Assembly (NCBI GenBank): GCA_963798085.1
Contig: CAWCRS010000007.1
Location: forward strand, 800,001 to 864,000
Source of the DNA: an uncultured Gemmatimonadales bacterium
GTDB lineage: Bacteria > Gemmatimonadota > Gemmatimonadetes > Longimicrobiales > RSA9
Direction: 5' to 3'
DNA length: 64,000 bases
The notes beneath the pieces were generated by a model. It was not told where the DNA came from. It was given only the letters and a program-made list of their open reading frames with translations, and ran no database searches. Both the position numbers and the translations under genes were made by a program. Every line of letters starts with the position of its first letter. The first letter of the stretch is position 1. Shown one piece after another: positions 10,701 to 17,577 of this stretch.

Positions 10701-10727
10701 GCGCAGCGGCGCGAGGGCACGAACTAG
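7701..10727 (+). CDS. Class A penicillin-binding protein (PBP1A family)
   Basis: Transglycosylase motifs EDKRFYHHHG, GSSTITMQL, RKLLE and YLNHIYFG; transpeptidase motifs SAFK, SRN and KTG; GGAG RBS upstream. Confidence 0.93.
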   Translation: MSVTPSDLPAPDADDFAPDAPGDPLAARAAPAPAETGAGHGPDAPVPHADTADSTTRAAANTPVDEAATVEPASSIDANTPVDEAYISADTAGASDASSSDVIAAARRDAAEKGFSKPSASDRPRPPRPPFLRRARAATARRVRALASRRTLYVVLPIVIIMGTAWQRCGIRGCPNVSRLASYQPGGASVLLDRTGERFADLGPVDHTVIDIRTLPAYVPEAFVAVEDKRFYHHHGVDWRRVFGAALANLRAHHAVQGSSTITMQLSRNLFPERIRAADRTLRRKLLEVRVARDIEHHFTKPQILQLYLNHIYFGAGAYGIEAAARQYFGKSAKDLTVEQAAVLAALPKAPSAYDPRHYADRARDRRDLVLGLMAQQGYLTAAASAKAKSTAVRLGSPRAARQPEERAAWFAQAVRDLLEDQLGEDLYSRPLRITTTLDLRAQRAAEEELEAQIRRVEGGAYGVFQGPRMRDYTAGGATDYLQGAVVVMANNTGDVLAMVGGRDARQSSFNRATQARRQAGSAFKPFVYATALGRGWSPAQLLDDSPYRLVSDGKAWEPSNFDGEFEGPVSLRDALVFSRNVPTIRLASRVGEHNVARLAHAAGIRADLRETPMIALGIAEVSPLELTTAYTAFSGQGTAATPRLVLRVEDPDGKVLWQPPVEKHRVLDPGVAYMMTDLLRDAVDRGTGRSVRYAGYRGLAAGKTGTTNEGADTWFVGYTSQVTAGIWVGFDKPRPIAEHASGGAVAGYAWGRMMSRIASWAGGSPWRAPERVVQVAVDPETGLALEEGCEPRAGQPHREYFLRDRTPRQTCPERADPPRSGPSWAQRIVAWAGSLLDHHRDNGDGRLAARAKRRMDDPLLAQPRIAAAEPAETEEAPEPEPAEIHVPPESEWGAPVWPGAQSRSRPADAEWSNDVARALERALDQHRREEQHAIDWLQQRADELNDQLRDTKDERLHALLDQARRSLDEVRRASRHSQRQRLQLWLDQAAQELRRQQRAAQRREGTN

Positions 10728-10731
10728 CGGG

Positions 10732-11463
10732 CTAACTTTGCGTTTCAGGCCGGAACTGCTGGCGCGCGTGCGCCAGCCGTTCCGGCGTCCCGATCTCCAG
10801 CCAGCGTGCCCCGCCAATGTCGAAGGGCAGAATGCGCTGGCCCTGCGCGGCCAGCCTGAGGTAGGGATCGAGGATGGAGAACGCGCCGCGTTCCTCGATC
10901 GCATCCAGCAGGCCCGGGGCCACCACGTGCACGCCCGCGAACGCCAGCGCCCGCGTGCCGCCGCGCGCCACCCTCACCTCCACGCGCCTGTCATTGCGTT
11001 CGTCGCTCCGCCCGTAGAGACCCGCGTCATCGAACAGCAGACGACGCGTGCTCGTGCGCTCGTGCACCGCCAGCGTGGCCAGTGCGCCGCGGCTCGTGTG
11101 TGCGCGCAGCATTGCCGCCAGGTCCGCGTCCGTGATGACATCCACGTTGTGCAGGAAGATGGGCGAATCGCCGCGGAACAGGTTGCGCGCGTGCCAGAGC
11201 CCGCCGCCCGTTTCCAGGGGCTGCTCCACTTCGTGGGAGAGCAGGAAGCTCGCGCCCATGTCGTGCGTGTCGATGAAGCCGGCAATGCGATCGGCGTGGT
11301 GGTGCACGTTCACCACGATGCGGTCCGCACCTGCCGCCACCAGCTGGCGCGCGGTGCGCTCCAGCATCGTGATGCCACCCACCTCGATGAGCGCCTTGGG
11401 AGTGTGTGAGCCCAGCTCGCCGAGGCGGGTGCCGCGACCCGCCGCGAAGATCAGCGCGTCCAC
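10732..11463 (-). CDS. Nucleotidyltransferase, MurU-like (MurNAc-alpha-1-P uridylyltransferase)
   Basis: IFAAGRGTRL, TPKALIEVGG, LETGGGL, NVD, WLEIGTPERL; translationally coupled to an AmgK-like kinase. Confidence 0.82.
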   Translation of the reverse strand: MDALIFAAGRGTRLGELGSHTPKALIEVGGITMLERTARQLVAAGADRIVVNVHHHADRIAGFIDTHDMGASFLLSHEVEQPLETGGGLWHARNLFRGDSPIFLHNVDVITDADLAAMLRAHTSRGALATLAVHERTSTRRLLFDDAGLYGRSDERNDRRVEVRVARGGTRALAFAGVHVVAPGLLDAIEERGAFSILDPYLRLAAQGQRILPFDIGGARWLEIGTPERLAHARQQFRPETQS

Positions 11464-13010
11464 CGGCCCGACGTGCGGTCGCGCAGCTCGGCCGTGCTGC
11501 TGGCCGTGGCCGGCCGCACCGCTTCACCTGCGGCGGGGTCCGCCGGCTCCTGGCCGACCTGCGGCAGCGGCTCGAGCACCGGCCAGCGCGGCTGCTCGCG
11601 ATGCTCCGTCAGCACCGCGATGTCGGGGTAGCGCTCGCGCAGGTGCGCAGCCAGACGCTCCGCGAAATACACGGAGCGATGCTGCCCGCCCGTGCAGCCG
11701 AACGAAACCGCCAGGTTCGAGAAGCCTCGCTCGCGGTAGTTCTCCACCTGCAGATCGATGAGCCCGTGCGCGTGCGCCCAGAATTCCTCGACCTCGGGCG
11801 AGGCGCGGAGAAAATCGATCACGGGCGAATCCAGCCCGCTGGCGTGCGCGAATCTCGCATCGCGTCCCGGATTAGGCAGACTGCGACAATCGAAGACAAA
11901 GCCGCCGCCGTGGCCGCTCTGGTCGGGTGGATAGCCCTGGCGGAAGCTGAAGCTGATCACGTGCACCGTGAGTCCGGGTCTCGCCGCCACCGGGCTCGAC
12001 CTGCCGGCCCATTCCGCCACGATGCGCCCGAACACCTCTTCGATCTCCGGCAGCTCGACGGGCAGTCCGGTTTCCAGCAGGCGGGCGATGTTGCGGGCCG
12101 CGTAGGGTACGCTCTCCAGGAAGCGCGGCTTGCGCTCGAAGAAGCCGCGATACCCGTACGCCCCCATCGCCTGCATGATGCGGATCAGCACGTACCCGCG
12201 GTATTGCGCCAGGAAGTGCGAGCGCTCGACGGGCAGGTAGCGCGCCAGCGCTTCCAGGTAACGCGAGAGCAGGTAGTCGCGCACTTCGTCCGGTATCGCC
12301 GCCTTGGCGTCGTACAGCAACGATGCGATGTCGTAGTGCGGCGCGCCGCGGCGCCCGCCCTGGTAATCGATGAACCAGGGCTCGCCCGCCACTAACATGA
12401 TGTTGCGCGACTGAAAGTCGCGGTACAGGAAGTGGTTCGCGTCCGCCGTCAGCAGGAACTCCGTGAGCCGGTCGAAGTCGTTCTCCAGACGCTGCTCGCT
12501 GAAGGGCACGTGCGCCAGCTTCAGGAAATGGTATTTGAAGTAGTTGAGGTCCCAGCGCATCGATTGCAGATCGAAGGCCGCGCGCGGGTACGCGACCGTG
12601 AAGTCGATGGCGCGGCCGCCCTCGATCTGGAAGCGCGGCAGCAGTGCGACCACGCGCTCGTACACCGGCACGATGGACGCCGGAAAGCCTCCGTCATCGT
12701 GTGCGCGGGCTTCGCTCAGGGCGCTGAAGAGTGAGACGTCGCCCAGATCCTGTTCCAGCCAGAGGCCGCGCGTGACATCCAGCGCATAGATCTCCGGTAC
12801 GGGCAGGCCGATTTCGCGGAAGGAATGACTGAACGAGAGAAAGGCGCGGTTCTCTTCGGGATCGGGGCCGATCACGCCGATGACCGGGCCGAACGGGCCA
12901 CCGGTTATGCGGTAGTAGCTGCGCTGCGATCCATCGGCGGCAATGCGCAGCACGCCTTCGGGCCAGCGGCCGAATGTCGCCGCGAACAGCCGCGCCAGAG
13001 CGTCATGCAT
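11451..13010 (-). CDS. APH-fold phosphotransferase (AmgK-like) fused to a RapZ C-terminal domain
   Basis: DGSQRSYYR, YRDFQSRNIM and IDYQG (APH fold); C-terminal ISFSF...FVFDCRSLPNP...FGCTGGQHRSV (RapZ-C). Confidence 0.85.
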   Translation of the reverse strand: MHDALARLFAATFGRWPEGVLRIAADGSQRSYYRITGGPFGPVIGVIGPDPEENRAFLSFSHSFREIGLPVPEIYALDVTRGLWLEQDLGDVSLFSALSEARAHDDGGFPASIVPVYERVVALLPRFQIEGGRAIDFTVAYPRAAFDLQSMRWDLNYFKYHFLKLAHVPFSEQRLENDFDRLTEFLLTADANHFLYRDFQSRNIMLVAGEPWFIDYQGGRRGAPHYDIASLLYDAKAAIPDEVRDYLLSRYLEALARYLPVERSHFLAQYRGYVLIRIMQAMGAYGYRGFFERKPRFLESVPYAARNIARLLETGLPVELPEIEEVFGRIVAEWAGRSSPVAARPGLTVHVISFSFRQGYPPDQSGHGGGFVFDCRSLPNPGRDARFAHASGLDSPVIDFLRASPEVEEFWAHAHGLIDLQVENYRERGFSNLAVSFGCTGGQHRSVYFAERLAAHLRERYPDIAVLTEHREQPRWPVLEPLPQVGQEPADPAAGEAVRPATASSTAELRDRTSGRWTR

Positions 13011-13143
13011 GCTGCAATCTAGGCAAGCCGTGGAAGCCGGACGAGGGAGACCTCGCCCGGCTTCCCGGTGTCTGGAGAGAGGGCCCGGGGACTGCCGCAG
13101 AGGAAAAGCGTGCCGGGGCGCGGCGCCCGACGGGCCCGAGAGG

Positions 13144-14433
13144 CTATTTCACGGGTGGACGGATACGCACCGCCAGGTCTTCGCCCGTTCCACCGCGATG
13201 CTGCACGTTCACGAACAGCACGTTGCCGGGCAGGTTGAAGTAGATGCCTGTCGGCTCGGCCGTGCAATCGGAAAGCGACGCGAAGCGCTTGACGCTGGCC
13301 GAGAGCGCGTGCCGCTTGCCGCCCAGCTCCGCCGTCCAGATGTCGTCGCCTGCACGCTTGCCACCGGCGAACGTGCCGCCGGGATCTTCCGCGATGTACA
13401 GCGTGCCTGCCTTGTCGAACGCCAGGTTGTCCGGGAACGAGAATTCGGACGACACGTTCATGCCGGCTCGCACCAGATCGAACACGAATGCATGGTCCGC
13501 CTCGGCATCACCGAGATCAATGCCGATCACGCGGTCCTCACCGGTAATCGCGGCGTACAGCGTGCCCGCCACGTACTCGAGGTCCTCTGGCCGGTTGTAA
13601 CCGGTCGCTCCCGAATCTGTCGCGACCGGGTCCGAGTTCAGGCGCACCTTCTGCCGGTCCAGCGGCACCCATGTCGCCTCGCCTGTGCGATCCGCATTCG
13701 GCGCCAGCAGCTTGAGCGCGTACAGCTGGCCATTCGACAGATCGCCCCACACGTCGGGCACGAACTTGTAGATGTAGCCCGGGCTCGTTTCGGAAATGCC
13801 GTACAGCGCGCCGTGCGAGTCGAAACGGTTCCCTTCGTGCGCGCGCGAACCAATCGCCGGCCGCACCACCGCGGCCCCCGTGGCCGGGTTGATCTCGTAC
13901 ACGAAGCCGCCCACGCTGCCCGGCACATCCGGATCCGGCAACGTAGCCGGATTCACTTCTTCCGACGCCAGGATGGTGCCCCACGGCGTCCACGCGATAC
14001 CGTCGAAACGCTCCCAGTCCGCGCGCTGTGCGAGGATGTGCGTCTCGCCCGTCTCGAGATTCGTGACGCTGACCGCCCCGTTCAATGTGGTCTCGTGCGT
14101 GCGATAGATGAACTGGTTGGGGTTCGCCCCGGTTTCATTCACCGTGTTCATGTCCGGCACATCCGGGAACAATGGCTCGCTCGCGAAGACTGCCTGCGAG
14201 AAGCCCGCCGGCAACGCGAACGGATTCGTCGCATCACCGCCGTCCACCGCGCAGGCATACGATGATGCGAGCTCGGTGAACCCGTGGAACCGGCTTGCCT
14301 GCGGGAGCAGGAAAAGCGCCGCCGGCGTGATCGGCGCTGTCAATGACGGCGCGACCGGCTCGTTGCACGCAGCGAGCGCTGCGGCGGCGAGCACGGCGCA
14401 CGAGCCGCGCAACAGTGAATTCGCATGACGCAT
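13144..14433 (-). CDS. PhoX-family (DUF839) alkaline phosphatase-like lipoprotein
   Basis: GGAGG RBS before ATG 14433; lipobox LAAC; WTPWGTILASEE, HEG, NRPEDLE, PDNL, IAED, EPTG, NVQH. Confidence 0.8.
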   Translation of the reverse strand: MRHANSLLRGSCAVLAAAALAACNEPVAPSLTAPITPAALFLLPQASRFHGFTELASSYACAVDGGDATNPFALPAGFSQAVFASEPLFPDVPDMNTVNETGANPNQFIYRTHETTLNGAVSVTNLETGETHILAQRADWERFDGIAWTPWGTILASEEVNPATLPDPDVPGSVGGFVYEINPATGAAVVRPAIGSRAHEGNRFDSHGALYGISETSPGYIYKFVPDVWGDLSNGQLYALKLLAPNADRTGEATWVPLDRQKVRLNSDPVATDSGATGYNRPEDLEYVAGTLYAAITGEDRVIGIDLGDAEADHAFVFDLVRAGMNVSSEFSFPDNLAFDKAGTLYIAEDPGGTFAGGKRAGDDIWTAELGGKRHALSASVKRFASLSDCTAEPTGIYFNLPGNVLFVNVQHRGGTGEDLAVRIRPPVK

Positions 14434-14560
14434 GGGACTGGCCTCCTGTAGGTTGGTTTCCTCTGGAGGCACCAACCTGCAGGTGCTTCTTCACTGCACC
14501 ATGCACAGTCACGCGATGCGTGGGTCACGATCCAGTGAGACGCAGGCACGTGAAACGCAA

Positions 14561-14594
14561 ACGGGGCCGCGTCGATTGCGTGACGCGGCCCCGT
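14561..14594 (-). terminator. Rho-independent terminator downstream of the DUF4097 gene
   Basis: ACGGGGCCGCGTC / GACGCGGCCCCGT 13-bp stem followed by a T-containing tail on the minus strand. Confidence 0.65.
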
Positions 14595-14620
14595 GCGAAA
14601 CGTCGCTGTCCTGATTTGCT

Positions 14621-15604
14621 TCAGCGTCGTGAAGTGCGTTCCGCGCGCTGGATTACGACGGGCCCGTTGGTCGTCACGGCGCGCACTGTGGCTCCGCCAT
14701 TGCCGAGCGTCGTGTCCACGCGCCGATCAATGCGACCCATGTGCGTGATGGTCAGCGGTACGTCCGTGGTGAACGGTCCATTGACCGTACCGGTCTGCAG
14801 CTTCGCCGAGTAACCATCCGGAATTGTCAGCCGAACCGGACCATTGCCCGTTTCTGCATCGAGTCCCTCGCCATCCCAGCGCGTACCCGAGAGGTCCACG
14901 GTGAGCGGGCCGTTCTGCGTGCGCGCGGTGACTTCGCCGCCAACGGAGCGGAGCGCGAGCGGCCCGTTCTGCGTCTTCGCATCGATGCGCCCGCGCACGG
15001 ACTCCACGCTGACCGGCCCGTTGTGCGCCACCAGGTCGAGATCCGAGCGATCCGGCACCAGCACCACGAACGTCACGGACCACGACTCGCGCCGGCCGGG
15101 CTCCGGACCGTCCGCCTTGATGTCGCCGCGACCGTAGTCCAGACGAATATCATCGGCAATGCCGCGCGCGTCGCTGGCCAATGCGGCCCACGTCTGAATG
15201 CGTGCGTGCACTTCGATGTCGTTGCGGTCATCACCGCGCACCTGCACGCCGCCGTTCTGGCCGCCATCAATGTGAATCGCGCTGCGTGCATCGACGCGAT
15301 CCACCTTCACGTCACAATAGACGTAGCGCCGGTCGTCATCGCGGCTGCGTTCCCGATCGCGGCAGTCCGCCAGCCACTTGTCATCGTCAGGATCCTGCGC
15401 GCGGACACCCGTGTCCCGCGTTGTGCTGCGCGATTCCGTGCGCTCCGTGGTGCGCGTCGAACCACGCTGCTGCTGCGTGCGCGTGCGCTGTGCCGCCAGC
15501 GGCGCAGCAAGAAGCAGTGCCGCGGCCAGTGCCAGTGCGGAAACCTGCGCGCCCTGCGTGGCCAGCGGTCCGGCTTTCGTTCCTACAGGATGTCTCAGGC
15601 TCAT
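14621..15604 (-). CDS. DUF4097-like beta-strand repeat (adhesin-type) secreted protein
   Basis: Signal peptide followed by repeated xxT/HxNG-P/G-V/L motifs (GQNGGV, AHNGPV, TQNGPL twice, TGNGPV, TVNGPF, TTNGPV). Confidence 0.75.
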   Translation of the reverse strand: MSLRHPVGTKAGPLATQGAQVSALALAAALLLAAPLAAQRTRTQQQRGSTRTTERTESRSTTRDTGVRAQDPDDDKWLADCRDRERSRDDDRRYVYCDVKVDRVDARSAIHIDGGQNGGVQVRGDDRNDIEVHARIQTWAALASDARGIADDIRLDYGRGDIKADGPEPGRRESWSVTFVVLVPDRSDLDLVAHNGPVSVESVRGRIDAKTQNGPLALRSVGGEVTARTQNGPLTVDLSGTRWDGEGLDAETGNGPVRLTIPDGYSAKLQTGTVNGPFTTDVPLTITHMGRIDRRVDTTLGNGGATVRAVTTNGPVVIQRAERTSRR

Positions 15605-15926
15605 GTGCAGGCTCTCCATTTGGATCAGGTACGTGCGGCAGCGTGCGGGTCGCGCCGTTCCGGGTTCCGGGAGATTCGACATGGTCCGTCGGGAAAGGGT
15701 TGGAAGGCCGAGGTGGTGCAGGCGACGATGCCGCTCCACGTTTCCTGCGCTCCCGCAGGCCTGTCCGGAGCCGACGGCACAGTCGCACCCGGGCCGAACG
15801 GTTGTTGCAGCAGGTCGACAGTAAAGGTCGGCAGAGGCCGGCCCTGTTGCCGCTCTGGAGCCGCCGGCAACGGTCGGCCGGCGCGCCGGACCATGACCGG
15901 AGGCCGGGCGCCACGCCCCTTGCGGC

Positions 15927-16100
15927 GCTTGACGCAGGGGCAACGACAGGGTGATAATCGAGGCTGCGCGGCGTTTTCCCCGACTTGACGGGCCGCGCAT
16001 GCGATGCTGCAGGGAGAAATCCCCGTCTAAGTCGCGGCCATGGCCCGCGATAGAGCCTCGCCCACGCCACCGGGACTTCTGGCCCTGTGCTTGCGAAAGC
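15927..16100 (+). ncRNA. Candidate structured RNA or leader upstream of metK
   Basis: Nested complementary segments: ACAGGG/CCCTGT, CGAGGCT/AGCCTCG, CGCGG/CCGCG, CGACTT-GACGGG/CCCGTC-AAGTCG. Confidence 0.4.
15929..15958 (+). promoter_or_regulatory. Possible sigma70 promoter for metK
   Basis: TTGACG, 18-bp spacer, GATAAT. Confidence 0.4.
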
Positions 16101-16223
16101 GACCGGCAAAAACGCGGGCCGAACGCCTTCCGGGGAAATCCTTCGGAGCGGTGGCCAACCGATCAGGCGGATTGCCTGCGCGGTCGCGCGATCAGACGGC
16201 CACCCGGACTGAAGGGACGGAGC

Positions 16224-17339
16224 ATGTCGAACAGCACCAGCACCAACGATTACACATTCACATCCGAGTCGGTCGCCGAAGGGCATCCGGACAAGGTCTG
16301 CGACTACATCGCCGACTCGATCCTGGACGCGCACCTGGCGCAGGATCCCGATTCACACGTCGCATGTGAAGTGCTGTGCAAGGAAGGCAACCTCATCATC
16401 GCCGGCGAAATCACATCGCGCGCGGTGGTGGATGCGGAAGCCGTGGCGCGCCGGGCCGTCGCCGAAATCGGCTATACGGATCCCGAGGAGTCGTTCTGCG
16501 CGGAACACGTGCGCGTGCAGTCGTTCCTGTCGCAGCAGGCGGCTGAAATCGCGCAGGGCGTGAACCGCACCGAGCGAATGGAGCAGGGCGCAGGCGATCA
16601 GGGCATCATGTTCGGGTACGCGACGCACGAAACGCCCGAGCTGATGCCCCTGCCGATCCTCCTCGCCCACCGCCTTTCCCAGGCGCTCGCCAATCACCGC
16701 CGCAACGGCGAAGCCTGGCTCCGTCCCGATGCCAAGACCCAGGTCAGCGTGATCTACCGCAACGGCGAGCCCGTCGAAGTCACCAATGTGCTGGTGTCGA
16801 CGCAGCACCGTGCGGAAGTGCGCCAGCCGGAGATCCGTGATTTCGTGGAGCGCACCCTCGCGCCCAGCGCACTGCGCGACTGGTGGCACGAGAACATCCG
16901 CGTCGCCGTGAATCCCACGGGCAGCTTCGTGCAGGGCGGGCCGTCCGCTGACTGCGGTGTTACCGGCCGCAAGATCATTGTCGACTCCTACGGCGGCATG
17001 GGCCGTCACGGCGGCGGCGCGTTCAGCGGCAAGGATCCGTCCAAGGTCGATCGCACCGGCGCCTACTTCTGCCGCTACGTCGCACGCCAGCTGGTGAAGG
17101 AAGGCCTGGCCCGCAAGGCGGAGATCCAGGTGGCGTACGCCATCGGCGTGGCCCAGCCCGTCTCCGTGAAGGTCGACACCTTCGGCACGGGCGACGAGTG
17201 CGTGGCCGCCGACTTCGTGCGCCGCTTCGATTTCCGGCCGCGCGCGATCATCGAGCAGCTCGACCTGCTGCGCCCGATCTACCGCCAGACCACGAACTAC
17301 GGCCACTTCGGCAAGCCCGGCCTCCCCTGGGAGGCCTAG
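16224..17339 (+). CDS. metK: S-adenosylmethionine synthetase
   Basis: FTSESVAEGHPDK, GAGDQGIMFGYA, GRKIIVDSYGG, GGGAFSGKDPSKVDR, YGHFG. Confidence 0.97.
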   Translation: MSNSTSTNDYTFTSESVAEGHPDKVCDYIADSILDAHLAQDPDSHVACEVLCKEGNLIIAGEITSRAVVDAEAVARRAVAEIGYTDPEESFCAEHVRVQSFLSQQAAEIAQGVNRTERMEQGAGDQGIMFGYATHETPELMPLPILLAHRLSQALANHRRNGEAWLRPDAKTQVSVIYRNGEPVEVTNVLVSTQHRAEVRQPEIRDFVERTLAPSALRDWWHENIRVAVNPTGSFVQGGPSADCGVTGRKIIVDSYGGMGRHGGGAFSGKDPSKVDRTGAYFCRYVARQLVKEGLARKAEIQVAYAIGVAQPVSVKVDTFGTGDECVAADFVRRFDFRPRAIIEQLDLLRPIYRQTTNYGHFGKPGLPWEA

Positions 17340-17364
17340 CCCCGCACGTCTGACCAAGCACGAA

Positions 17365-17402
17365 TGAAGCGGCCGGAGCGCTCACGCGTTCCGGCCGCTT
17401 CA
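17365..17402. terminator. Stem-loop after metK (possibly bidirectional terminator)
   Basis: TGAAGCGGCCGGAGCG / CGTTCCGGCCGCTTCA between convergent genes. Confidence 0.7.
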
Positions 17403-17472
17403 GTCATGAGTACCAACGTCGTTTCTCTCTTACTAACGCGAGGTTACAGAATCAGCGTCCACCCACCCTGCT

Positions 17473-17565
17473 GCCGTTCCCCAGCAACCAGCGCCAGCAA
17501 CCAGCCCCAGCAACGCAGTCGAATCCGTCAATCCCCAGCCCCAGCCCGAGCCCCAGCCCCAGCCC
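17473..17565 (+). repeat. Dispersed copy of the CCAGCAACCAGCCC repeat family plus a CAGCCC run
   Basis: GCCGTTCCCCAGCAACCAGCGCCAGCAACCAGCCCCAGCAACGCAGT matches the 1115-1402 unit. Confidence 0.85.
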
Positions 17566-17577
17566 TGGAAAACGTCC

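Noticed and set aside
15951..16223. N-terminal extension of MetK (ORF start 15951)
   Set aside because: MetK homology begins at ATG 16224, which has a GGAG-like RBS; the upstream frame is not protein-like.
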